DNA of 64,000 nucleotides from a virus. Under the pieces are notes generated by a model, which worked only from the letters and a program-made list of their open reading frames with translations, was not told where the DNA came from and made no database searches. This document shows positions 37,595 to 47,356 of the stretch, piece after piece. Location of the stretch: positions 32,001 to 96,000 of IMG/VR virus record IMGVR_UViG_3300032224_001591; one strand, given 5' to 3'. How positions within the stretch are numbered: position 1 is the first letter of the stretch; the number at the start of each line of letters is the position of its first letter. The translations under genes were made by a program, and so were the position numbers.

Positions 37595-40261
37595 ATGCAA
37601 AAACTGTTATACATTGCTCCGCACCTATCCACAGGCGGTTTACCGCAATACTTAACTAAAAAAATAGAATTACTTAAAGACGAATTTGATATTTACCTAG
37701 TTGAATGGGTAGATTGTACCGGGGGTAAGTTAGTTGTACAACGCAACAAAATTAAAAACTTACTTCCGGAGTCAAAATTCTATACATTATATGAAGATAA
37801 AACCGAATTATTTTCTATAATTAATAAAATACAACCTGACATCATACATTTAGAGGAAATCCCTGAAATGTTTATGGATACTAAGGTTGCTGAATTCATT
37901 TATGATCCAAGACGTAAATATAAAATTGTAGAAACGTCTCACGATTCGTCTTACGATACAACCCAAAAAACATTCTACCCTGACAAATTTATGTTTGTAT
38001 CTGATTGGCAAATAAACCAATATAAAGATATAAACATTCCTTCTGTCTTGGTTGAATATCCCATTGAATATATTAATCGTCCTGATAGAACAGAGGCGTT
38101 AAATAAATTAGGATTAGATCCTGAATATAAACATGTTTTACACATTGGTTTATTTACACCACGAAAGAATCAAAAAGAATTCTTTGAATATGCTCGTGCT
38201 TTAAAAGATGAAAAAATCATATTTCACTGTGTAGGTAATCAAGCAGATAACTTTAAATGGTATTGGGAACCACTAATGCAAGACAAACCAGAAAATGTTG
38301 TTTGGTGGAACGAAAGAACAGATGTTGAAAATTTCTATCAAGCAATGGATTTATTTTTGTTTACATCTCGTGGTACAGATCGAGATAAGGAAACAATGCC
38401 TTTAGTTATACGTGAAGCTATCTCAAATCAAATCCCTATTTTAATTTACAACTTACCAGTTTATTTAAATTACTTTAATAAATTTGATAAAATAAACTAT
38501 CTTAATTTTGATAATTTTAAATCTAACTGTAATAAAATATTATCAATGTTAGGTATAGGTAAAACTATTACAAATAAAGAAGAAGAAGTATTTGTTATTT
38601 CAACGTATCCAAAATCAGTAACTGTAATTAACTCAACTAAACAATGTATTGAAGCGGTTAAAAAAACAGGACGTAAAGTAATATTAACTTCTCACATTCC
38701 TATTCCTAAAGAATTAAGCGATATAGCAGATTATGTTATTTCGGACAATAATAATATCTTAACTAAACATTCATACTATTGTAATTATTGGTCTGATTAC
38801 CCTGAAGTTAAAATATACGTTAATTTAAGAGGTAATGACAATGATGTTTATCATGGTCCTACAGTTTATTCAAATTATAGTAACGGAGCAGCATTAGCGT
38901 TTGGTTTAGGATTTAAAAAAGCATTTTTCTTAAATTACGATTATATCCTTAAAAACGAGGAATTTGTAAATGAAGTATCTAAAGAATTAGAAACATCAGA
39001 TTTATATTTCGGAAAATATCAAGCACATGAAGGACCATGTTTATATACATTCTTCTATGCTGCAACTCCCGGACCATTTATAAGTGTAATTCCAAACATT
39101 TACAATGCTGATGATTACAATAAGTTACAATCAAGTTGGGGTAGTGAAAGTAATGGTTTAGAAAATATGTTCTACCATGCTTTTAAAAATACAGAAGACA
39201 TTTATTATGAAGATGGAGATGAATTTAATCGTAAGATAGAAAAAACATTTTATCATACCGATTTTTCACGAGTAGAATATTTTACAATACTACCAACAAA
39301 TATCCCAGATACCTTTGCTCCATTTATTAGAATATCTAATAGTAAAGAAGATAAAGAAATAAGATTATCAATATACAATAAAGAAGGTAAAGAAATTAAT
39401 TACGAATGGATTAGTGTAAATGGTAAAGTAGATTTTTATAAAATTTATCCATACGAAGAAGGACTAACAGTAGTATTTACTGTTTATGACAACGGAGATT
39501 TATCTGAGAAAAAAACATTTAAAGTAGAAAATTTACAAAATAATGGTTTATTAGAAATTAAAAACCTAAAACCAAAAATTAAGTTAATGCATTTAACTAC
39601 TGAACCGGAAACTAATCCAAAAGAAATCCGTTCTGTAGAAAATATAAAAGCGTTTTGTAATGAAATGGGTATTGGTTACGATTTAAGAATCAATAAAATA
39701 TGGACAGAAATGCCTCCAAAAGATACATGTAATCGCCCAGATGTAGTTCAAGAAAAACCAGGATATTATAAGTTAGCTGCCGGACATTATGGTTGTTACT
39801 TAGCACATAAAAACGCAATATGCGATGAAGACAACATTAACTATGATTACGTATTAATAGTAGAGGGCGACGTTGTTATCGATAGTGATTGGAATGAACT
39901 ATACGAATCTTTAAAACGATTTGCAATCATTTCAGCTGAAAAAGATATGGATGTTATGGGATTTGGAAATCCGTGGCAAGATAGAAATTTAAATGGTGGT
40001 AAATATAAAGATGTATTTTTAGATGTTACCCCATTTATACCGGCTCAATCATATTTAATTACAAAAGATAAAGTAGCAAAAATAAAACAACTATTAGAAA
40101 CAACACCTTGGGATGCTATTGACTTATGGATGTGCAACGTAGCAAGATTACGAATTGGTACAGCTGATAAAATATACACTAAACATCTTCCAGGTTTTAG
40201 TATAATAGAACAAACAATAAAAGACGCAAACACAGATAATCCATTAATATTTTTACAATAA
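37595..40261 (+). CDS. Multidomain glycosyltransferase (N-terminal GT-B/GT4-like, C-terminal GT25-like)
   Basis: HLSTGG, RKNQ, ETMPLVIREA; C-terminal GHYGCYLAH...VLIVEGDV. Confidence 0.8.
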   Translation: MQKLLYIAPHLSTGGLPQYLTKKIELLKDEFDIYLVEWVDCTGGKLVVQRNKIKNLLPESKFYTLYEDKTELFSIINKIQPDIIHLEEIPEMFMDTKVAEFIYDPRRKYKIVETSHDSSYDTTQKTFYPDKFMFVSDWQINQYKDINIPSVLVEYPIEYINRPDRTEALNKLGLDPEYKHVLHIGLFTPRKNQKEFFEYARALKDEKIIFHCVGNQADNFKWYWEPLMQDKPENVVWWNERTDVENFYQAMDLFLFTSRGTDRDKETMPLVIREAISNQIPILIYNLPVYLNYFNKFDKINYLNFDNFKSNCNKILSMLGIGKTITNKEEEVFVISTYPKSVTVINSTKQCIEAVKKTGRKVILTSHIPIPKELSDIADYVISDNNNILTKHSYYCNYWSDYPEVKIYVNLRGNDNDVYHGPTVYSNYSNGAALAFGLGFKKAFFLNYDYILKNEEFVNEVSKELETSDLYFGKYQAHEGPCLYTFFYAATPGPFISVIPNIYNADDYNKLQSSWGSESNGLENMFYHAFKNTEDIYYEDGDEFNRKIEKTFYHTDFSRVEYFTILPTNIPDTFAPFIRISNSKEDKEIRLSIYNKEGKEINYEWISVNGKVDFYKIYPYEEGLTVVFTVYDNGDLSEKKTFKVENLQNNGLLEIKNLKPKIKLMHLTTEPETNPKEIRSVENIKAFCNEMGIGYDLRINKIWTEMPPKDTCNRPDVVQEKPGYYKLAAGHYGCYLAHKNAICDEDNINYDYVLIVEGDVVIDSDWNELYESLKRFAIISAEKDMDVMGFGNPWQDRNLNGGKYKDVFLDVTPFIPAQSYLITKDKVAKIKQLLETTPWDAIDLWMCNVARLRIGTADKIYTKHLPGFSIIEQTIKDANTDNPLIFLQ

Positions 40262-41209
40262 ATGAAAATTTGCCAAGTACATCCAGGATGTGGTATTCCT
40301 GTCCCCCCAACAACGTGGGGCGCTATAGAAAAAATAGTATGGGAGTTTACTCAAAACTTAATTAAATTAGGACATGAAGTAGATATAAAATTTGTAAACG
40401 AAATTAATCCAGGTGATTATGATATAATACATTGTCACGTTGCTAATTTAGCAATCCAATTAGCTGAAAAAGGTATTCCTTATGTTTACCAATTACACGA
40501 TCATCATGCTTATCATTATGGTAAAGAATCTTATGTTTATAAAGAAAATTTAAAAGCAATAGATGGTTCAATTGTTGCTTTGATGCCTGCTAGATTTTTA
40601 GTAGATTATTTTGGACATTCAAAATGCGAATATTTTTCTCATGGTGTGAATACAGATGAATTTTATCCATTAGATTATAATATGATAAATCATAAATTAC
40701 TTTGCATTGCAAATAATGGTATGGCTGGACATTCAGGTAGAGATAGAAAAGGATTTTCTTATGCTATTGCGGCCGCTATACAAATGGATTTACCTATTAC
40801 AATAGCAGGACCAAGTAATAATAAATATTTCTTTAATGAAAATTTATGGACATTAGCTTATCCAAAATTAGAAATATTATTTGATGTTCAACAAAAAGAT
40901 TTAAATAAATTATATCAAGAACATACTATATTTTTACACCCAAGCGAATTAGAAGCAGGTCATCCAAATTTAACTATACTTGAAGCTGCAGCGTGTGGTT
41001 TACCGATTAATGGTTGGATTGAACATGCTACTGATTTTTATGGAATGTGGAGAGCACCTAGAGATGTTTTTGAAATAGTTCGTGGTCTTAAAGATATTAT
41101 TAATAATTATAAAACATACAAACAAAATGCACTTAACCATGCTCGATCATTATCATGGTTTAATCGTTCACAAGATTTAATAAAAGTATATGAAAGAAGT
41201 TTTAATTAA
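40262..41209 (+). CDS. GT4-family glycosyltransferase
   Basis: WGAIEK, GHEV, HGVN, RKG, EAGHPNLTILEAAACGLP. Confidence 0.85.
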   Translation: MKICQVHPGCGIPVPPTTWGAIEKIVWEFTQNLIKLGHEVDIKFVNEINPGDYDIIHCHVANLAIQLAEKGIPYVYQLHDHHAYHYGKESYVYKENLKAIDGSIVALMPARFLVDYFGHSKCEYFSHGVNTDEFYPLDYNMINHKLLCIANNGMAGHSGRDRKGFSYAIAAAIQMDLPITIAGPSNNKYFFNENLWTLAYPKLEILFDVQQKDLNKLYQEHTIFLHPSELEAGHPNLTILEAAACGLPINGWIEHATDFYGMWRAPRDVFEIVRGLKDIINNYKTYKQNALNHARSLSWFNRSQDLIKVYERSFN

Positions 41210-42395
41210 AGAATACAACAATACTCAACAGTTAAATATTCCTTCTAAAGAAGGATTAAACGGTGTTAGTTTTCATTTTATAGATGGAGCTTTTGTTGAA
41301 ATTATGGGACCTGAACATAAAATCTATGATATTACTTTTATTAATAGAAAAACAAATGAAGTAATTCATAAAACCACAATTAACAACAATATGTGGACTA
41401 AAACAAGTATAAAATATTTTGTCAATTGGCGTGTTGAAGTACGTGATGGTGATGATTTAGTATTTTTACATGAATACAATGCTAAAGGTAGAAAAGTTTA
41501 CATTCATTTAGATTCAAGTGCTATTGGTGATACTTTAGCTTGGTTTCCTTATCTTGAAGAATTTAAAAAAAAACATGATTGTCAATTAGTATGTTCTACA
41601 TTCCATAATGAATGGTTTGAATCACAATACCCCGAAATTGAATTTGTAAAACCAGGAACTGAAGTAGATGGTTTATATGCAATGTATACTATTGGGTGGT
41701 TTTATAATGAAGATCATACTGTAGATAAATTTAAAATTCCAATTGATTTTAAACAATATCCTTTAGGACAAACGTCTACAGAAATATTAGGATTAAATTA
41801 TACTGAGATTAAACCTAAATTATTAATACCTAATAAATCAAAACAAATTGATGGTAAATATGTTGTTATAGCTCCTCATGCTTCGGCACACGCTAAGTAT
41901 TGGAATCATCCTGGAGGATGGCAAGCTGTGATTAATTATCTGAATGATAAAGGTTATAAAGTAGTAATGATAACTTCTGAAAAATTATATAATCCGTGGC
42001 ATGATTCAAAATTAGGAGGAACATTAAAAAAAGTTATAGATAAAACAGGTAACTACCCACTTGAAGATAGAATGGTAGATTTAAAATACGCTGATTTATA
42101 TATTGGTTTAGGTAGTGGTTTAAGCTGGTTAAGTTGGAGTATAGGTACACCAACAATACTAATTTCAGGATTTAGTCAACCTTATAGCGAATTTTTAGAT
42201 TGTGAACGTATTTTTAATTATGATACTAATGTTTGTACGGGTTGTTTTAATACACATCGATTAGATGCGGGTGATTGGGAATGGTGTCCTGAACATAAAG
42301 ATACCGATAGAATGTTTGAATGTACTAAAACTATTACACCTTTTAAAGTAATAGGTGCAATTGATAAGCTTTTAAATATTTATGACAAAAATTAA
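41190..42395 (+). CDS. TibC/Aah-like autotransporter O-heptosyltransferase-family protein
   Basis: AIGDTLAWFPY..EF.KKH.C, KYWNHPGGW, IGLGSGLSWL, ILISGFS, and four-Cys CTGC...WCP.H...FEC iron-finger pattern. Confidence 0.85.
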   Translation: MKEVLIKEYNNTQQLNIPSKEGLNGVSFHFIDGAFVEIMGPEHKIYDITFINRKTNEVIHKTTINNNMWTKTSIKYFVNWRVEVRDGDDLVFLHEYNAKGRKVYIHLDSSAIGDTLAWFPYLEEFKKKHDCQLVCSTFHNEWFESQYPEIEFVKPGTEVDGLYAMYTIGWFYNEDHTVDKFKIPIDFKQYPLGQTSTEILGLNYTEIKPKLLIPNKSKQIDGKYVVIAPHASAHAKYWNHPGGWQAVINYLNDKGYKVVMITSEKLYNPWHDSKLGGTLKKVIDKTGNYPLEDRMVDLKYADLYIGLGSGLSWLSWSIGTPTILISGFSQPYSEFLDCERIFNYDTNVCTGCFNTHRLDAGDWEWCPEHKDTDRMFECTKTITPFKVIGAIDKLLNIYDKN

Positions 42396-43033
42396 TGGTA
42401 TATCCTTTATTAAGTAAAACCAATATTGTTAATTCAAACACTATTCAAGCCGCTGATGTTTCACAAAGTATTGATGCTTTTACCGGTACTACTGAATATC
42501 GAATTATAGTATCGGGTTCATTAAACATTAATGGAAGTGTTACATGTCTAGGACCTAATAGCAATGCTCAAGGTGGATTTACAGGCTCTCTTTATGGAAC
42601 TGCTTCCTATGCTGATGCTACAAGTTATGGATATGCTTATACTGGTTCTAACATTACTTCAGCTTCCTTTTCTTATAATTCGTCCTATACATCAGGAAGT
42701 TTACATGGATTTCTTGTTAGATCAGGTAGTGATAACCCTACAGCCTCTTTATATTCTATAGGAATACTTTCAGGTGTATCTTATATTCGTTCAGGAAATA
42801 TTTTACAAACTGTAAATTTTACTTCAACTCCCTTTCCTGCAGGAGCAATATTAGGAACAAATGTTTGGATTACTGTAGGTCAATTTAATACTCGACAAGT
42901 TTCTACAAATTGGAATAGTTATGTTTCCGTTCGTAGTATTACTACAAGTAGTATAACTTTTCAAACACGTACAAATAACGCAGCACCTTCAGATTTACCT
43001 TTTAATTTTATATGTGTTTATCAAACTTCTTAA
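42395..43033 (+). CDS. Short fibre/virion protein, paralog 1
   Basis: LSKTNIV...VSQSIDAFTG...GSLYGTASYA...VWITV...FNFI. Confidence 0.65.
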   Translation: MVYPLLSKTNIVNSNTIQAADVSQSIDAFTGTTEYRIIVSGSLNINGSVTCLGPNSNAQGGFTGSLYGTASYADATSYGYAYTGSNITSASFSYNSSYTSGSLHGFLVRSGSDNPTASLYSIGILSGVSYIRSGNILQTVNFTSTPFPAGAILGTNVWITVGQFNTRQVSTNWNSYVSVRSITTSSITFQTRTNNAAPSDLPFNFICVYQTS

Positions 43034-43039
43034 TAAATA

Positions 43040-43648
43040 ATGGCTAATATATTATCAAAAACAGGTATAGTCCCAGGAGGTATAGTTCAAGCATCTTATG
43101 TTTCACAAAGTATTGATGCTTTTACAGGTATAGTTCCTTATAATCTTTCATTAAATGGGAATTTTTACATTAATGGAATTACAAGTACAGTAAGTACAGT
43201 AGGAGGAAAGGGTAGTCTTACAGGTTCATTATATGGAACTGCTTCTTATGCCTTTACATCTTCTCATACTAATACTATAACAAATCCTATTAGTTGGTCA
43301 TTATATGCTTTATCCGCATCTTACTCTGAAGGAGTACTAAGTAGTAATGTTCCTACATCTTCGGTACCTGCTTATAAACCAAGTGTTATAATTGCTGGTA
43401 GAGGAACTATTTTAAACGGTAATACTACTTTTGAAGTATATAATTCATTTTTTGGTGGAAAAACATTAAATAATAATGTTTGGGTAACTTTATTACAAGT
43501 ACCTCCGTATCCACTTGCTAATCCTGATTTTGGAAGTACATGCGTTGTTCCTACAATTATAACAGGAAATACATTAATATTTTCGGTATCATCTGGAAAT
43601 GCTAGTGCAGATTTAATTTTTGATTTTATAATAACAGTACAACAATAA
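43040..43648 (+). CDS. Short fibre/virion protein, paralog 2
   Basis: LSKTGIV...VSQSIDAFTG...GSLYGTASYA...VWVTL...FDFI. Confidence 0.65.
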   Translation: MANILSKTGIVPGGIVQASYVSQSIDAFTGIVPYNLSLNGNFYINGITSTVSTVGGKGSLTGSLYGTASYAFTSSHTNTITNPISWSLYALSASYSEGVLSSNVPTSSVPAYKPSVIIAGRGTILNGNTTFEVYNSFFGGKTLNNNVWVTLLQVPPYPLANPDFGSTCVVPTIITGNTLIFSVSSGNASADLIFDFIITVQQ

Positions 43649-43651
43649 ACA

Positions 43652-44263
43652 ATGGCAAACATATTAAGTAAATCAGGCATAGTTAATGGTCAACAAATTA
43701 CAGTTAAAGAAATAACTCAAATTATAGACGTTTTTACAGCTACTAGTGCTAGTGATGTTACACTTAATGGAGAATTATTTACAACAGGTAGTACAACTAG
43801 TATAATAGCTTCTAATGGTTTTACAGGAGACAAATTAATTGGAACTGCCTCATTTGCTATTTCTTCCTCTAACTCATTAAACGGCCCTTTAATTTATAAT
43901 TCAGCATCATATGCTGTGACTTCATCTATCTTTACACCTTTAAAAACAAATATTTTAGTTGGAACCTCTTCATTATATCCAACTGGATTAATTTCAGGAT
44001 ATGGTGTGATATCACCAGGTTATAGTTCATCAACTATTACCGGTTTAACTCAATTAATAGGAAAAGAAATGGATATTACGGGACGCAGTGGTTCAGTTTT
44101 TGTATCAATGTTTACTTATCCGGCAGCGGGACAAGATTTTAATTCTAATAATTTTGTTATACCTTATTCTTTATCAAGTTCAAATTTAACATTTCAAACA
44201 TTAAGTGGTAATGCGGTTTCGGATCCTGTATCATTTAATTATATTATTACATACTACGCTTAA
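43652..44263 (+). CDS. Short fibre/virion protein, paralog 3
   Basis: LSKSGIV...ITQIIDVFT...LIGTASFA...FNYI. Confidence 0.65.
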   Translation: MANILSKSGIVNGQQITVKEITQIIDVFTATSASDVTLNGELFTTGSTTSIIASNGFTGDKLIGTASFAISSSNSLNGPLIYNSASYAVTSSIFTPLKTNILVGTSSLYPTGLISGYGVISPGYSSSTITGLTQLIGKEMDITGRSGSVFVSMFTYPAAGQDFNSNNFVIPYSLSSSNLTFQTLSGNAVSDPVSFNYIITYYA

Positions 44264-44284
44264 TATTTATAACAAAACAAATTT

Positions 44285-44536
44285 ATGACAACACACGTTT
44301 TAACACAAGAAGAGTTACAAGAAATTAAAGATTTTCAAAGAAAACAACAAATATTATTACAACAATTTGGTTCTATTGAAATTGATATTCAAAATTTAAA
44401 ATTACAAAAACAACAACTAATCGTTGAATTAAGTAATTTAAAACAATTAGAAACTCAAGTAGGTTCCAAACTACAAGACAAATATGGTGAGGGAACTATT
44501 AATGTAGAAAAGGGAGAATTCACAAGTAATTCCTAG
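44285..44536 (+). CDS. Small coiled-coil protein, possibly an assembly chaperone
   Basis: 83 aa, Gln/Leu heptads, ends KYGEGTINVEKGEF. Confidence 0.6.
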   Translation: MTTHVLTQEELQEIKDFQRKQQILLQQFGSIEIDIQNLKLQKQQLIVELSNLKQLETQVGSKLQDKYGEGTINVEKGEFTSNS

Positions 44537-44554
44537 TTTTTTGAATAGTTCTGC

Positions 44555-44564
44555 AATATTTATA
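44555..44564 (+). promoter_or_regulatory. Representative copy of putative late promoter WATATTTAT (about 20 copies)
   Basis: Also at about 3618, 6432, 10542, 12676, 14607, 20752, 21489, 24552, 42375, 44262, 46755, 47335, 47854, 48910, 51298, 59580 and 61932, each just upstream of a start codon. Confidence 0.65.
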
Positions 44565-44595
44565 ACAAAACTACAAAACTAAATTCATTTAAAAC

Positions 44596-46725
44596 ATGGC
44601 AGAAACATTAATTTCCCCTGGTGTACTAGCAAGAGAAAATGACCAGTCATTTATCACCCAGAATCCGGTAACCGTTGGTGCCGCTCTTATAGGTCCTACA
44701 GTGAAAGGACAACCAGAAATACCAACACTCGTTACTTCATATAGTGATTACCTACAAAAGTTTGGTTCTACATTCACTAGTGCAAGTTTAGTCTACACTT
44801 ATTTTACGTCAATTGCAGCATTTAACTACTTTAACAACGGTGGTAATACTTTATTAGTATCAAGAGTTGTAAGTGGTACTTTTAATCCTGCAACCACTAC
44901 AGACGTTCCTGCTTCAGCAAGTACAGCAACAGTTGCTAATTTAGCAATTATTAGTAGTGTAGTAAATACTACAGCATCTGCTACTTTGAACATGACCAAT
45001 TTGTATAACTCAGTAGTATCAGTAGGCTCAGCATCATTTAATTTAAATGGTATTAATATTACTTTAACAGGTAGTGCACCTCCATATACAAATACTACTT
45101 CTACAATTTTCATTTCAGGATCTAATTCAGCTGCTTCTGCATCTTTATCAGCTTCAATTGCTATTAATGCAAGTAGTTCAGCAACAAGTTATAGTTCTTC
45201 TTTACAATATATTACAGCAAGTTCTACAACTTCAACTTTAAATTTAAATTCTACAACTGGAACTACAGGTGTAATAGGTAATTCTTATTATTACATTTCT
45301 GGAAGTACAACAGTTAATTTTACTGGTGGTACTAATAAAATTCCATTTGTTTTAGAAACTTTATCTGAAGGTACTATTATGAATAGTAGCTCAAGTTTAG
45401 ATTCAGCTGGAGCTTTAGCTAGTGGTTCATCAAATAATATTAGATGGCAGATTGTAAACCAAAATACAGGTTCAGGTACCTTTGATTTATTAGTTCGTCG
45501 TGGTAACGATAATACTTTAAATCCAAATGTATTAGAAACATGGACTAACTTATCATTAGACCCATATGCTCCAAATTATGTAGCAAAAGTATTAGGTGAT
45601 TATACTCAAAACTATAATCCAAGCACAAACCAAGTTGAAATATCTGGTTCTTATCCAAATAGAAGTGCTTATGTAAGAGTTAAATCTGTATTATTACCAA
45701 CTCCAAATTACTTTAGCAATGCCGGAGTTGCTCAAACATTCTATACTGCTTCTTTACCTCTTCCTTATAGTGGTTCATTTGGTTATGCAACTGGAGATTT
45801 ATTTACAAATGGCCAAACAGCATTTTACAATCAAATCACTTCAGCAACACCTGCAAACAATGTTCAAGGTATTCCAAGTGCAAGCTATAATAACATGATT
45901 GCTTTAATGTCTAACCAAGACGATTATAAATTCAATGTATTATTAGCACCAGGTTTATTTAATAACTTACAAACATCTCAATGTACTACAATTATCAATA
46001 ATACTCAAAACAGAGGAGATAATATATTTGTATTGGATTTAGTAGCATATGATGGTTTAATAGCAGACGCAGTATCACAAGCACAATCAAGAAATACTTC
46101 ATACGCTACATCATATTGGCCTTGGGTTCAAACAAAAGATCCAGATTCAGGACAAAATGTTTGGGTACCAGCTTCAACAATGATTGGTGGTGTTTACGCT
46201 TATAATGATACAGTTGCAGAACCTTGGTTCGCACCAGCAGGTATTAATAGAGGTGGTTTAAGCACAGTAATTAGAGCAGCACAAAAATTATCACAATCAA
46301 ATAGAGATACATTATACACAGGTAAAGTTAACCCAATCGCTACTTTCCCAGGAACTGGAGTTGTAGTATACGGTCAGAAAACATTACAAACAGCAGCTTC
46401 TGCTTTAGATCGTGTTAATGTTCGTCGTTTGTTAATTGCTCTTAAATCTTATATTTCTCAAGTTGCTCAAAACTTGGTATTTGAACAAAATTCAATCGCT
46501 ACAAGAAATCAATTCTTAAGCCAAGTAAACCCATACTTAGAAAGTGTTCAACAACGTCAAGGTTTATACGCATTTAGAGTAATTATGGATGATTCAAATA
46601 ATACTCCTGATGTAATTGATAGAAACGAGTTAATTGGTCAAATTTATATTCAACCAACTAAAACTGCAGAATTCATTTACTTAGATTTTAACATTTTACC
46701 AACTGGCGCTACTTTCCCTGGATAA
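44596..46725 (+). CDS. Tail sheath protein (T4 gp18-like)
   Basis: SPGVLAREND, YWPW, PWFAPAG-NRG, VNPI, GQKT, DRVNVRRLL, FEQN, PTKTAEFI. Confidence 0.95.
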   Translation: MAETLISPGVLARENDQSFITQNPVTVGAALIGPTVKGQPEIPTLVTSYSDYLQKFGSTFTSASLVYTYFTSIAAFNYFNNGGNTLLVSRVVSGTFNPATTTDVPASASTATVANLAIISSVVNTTASATLNMTNLYNSVVSVGSASFNLNGINITLTGSAPPYTNTTSTIFISGSNSAASASLSASIAINASSSATSYSSSLQYITASSTTSTLNLNSTTGTTGVIGNSYYYISGSTTVNFTGGTNKIPFVLETLSEGTIMNSSSSLDSAGALASGSSNNIRWQIVNQNTGSGTFDLLVRRGNDNTLNPNVLETWTNLSLDPYAPNYVAKVLGDYTQNYNPSTNQVEISGSYPNRSAYVRVKSVLLPTPNYFSNAGVAQTFYTASLPLPYSGSFGYATGDLFTNGQTAFYNQITSATPANNVQGIPSASYNNMIALMSNQDDYKFNVLLAPGLFNNLQTSQCTTIINNTQNRGDNIFVLDLVAYDGLIADAVSQAQSRNTSYATSYWPWVQTKDPDSGQNVWVPASTMIGGVYAYNDTVAEPWFAPAGINRGGLSTVIRAAQKLSQSNRDTLYTGKVNPIATFPGTGVVVYGQKTLQTAASALDRVNVRRLLIALKSYISQVAQNLVFEQNSIATRNQFLSQVNPYLESVQQRQGLYAFRVIMDDSNNTPDVIDRNELIGQIYIQPTKTAEFIYLDFNILPTGATFPG

Positions 46726-46787
46726 GGGAAGGTAGTTACCTTTTATAACTTACTAATATTTATAACAAGAAATAAATAAAACAAAAC

Positions 46788-47276
46788 ATGGCAGTATTAG
46801 ATCCAAACGAAATATTTTTCACCGCCTTTGAACCGAAGCAACAGAATAGATTTATTATGTATGTGGATGGTATTCCAGCATACCTTATCAAAGGGGTGTC
46901 AGCTGTAACCTTAACTCAAGAAGAAGTAGTATTAAATCATATCAACGTATTACGTAAAGTTAAAGGTAAATCAAAATGGAGTAACATCACAATGACTCTA
47001 TTTGACCCGGTAACACCATCAGGCGCTCAAGCTGTAATGGAATGGGTACGTTTACACCATGAATCAGTAACTGGTCGCGATGGTTATTCTGACTTTTATA
47101 AAAAAGATTTAACAATCGATGTATTGGGTCCTGTAGGTGATATTGTATCAGAATGGATTATCAAAGGTGCACTTATTGTAAATGCAAACTTTGGTGAATA
47201 CAACTGGGATACAGATGCAGCAGCACAAAACATTACTCTTGAAGTAGCAATGGATTATTGTATCTTGAACTTCTAA
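46788..47276 (+). CDS. Tail tube protein (T4 gp19-like)
   Basis: Follows the sheath gene; NRF, W-NITMT, YKKD, W-IKGA. Confidence 0.88.
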   Translation: MAVLDPNEIFFTAFEPKQQNRFIMYVDGIPAYLIKGVSAVTLTQEEVVLNHINVLRKVKGKSKWSNITMTLFDPVTPSGAQAVMEWVRLHHESVTGRDGYSDFYKKDLTIDVLGPVGDIVSEWIIKGALIVNANFGEYNWDTDAAAQNITLEVAMDYCILNF

Positions 47277-47300
47277 GAATTAAGTTTAAATTATATTTTA

Positions 47301-47328
47301 AAGAGCTCGCTTTACGCGAGCTTTTTTT
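47301..47328 (+). terminator. Intrinsic terminator
   Basis: AAGAGCTCGC-TTTAC-GCGAGCTTTT plus T-run. Confidence 0.75.
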
Positions 47329-47356
47329 ATTTTAAATATTTATAATAAACATTAAT

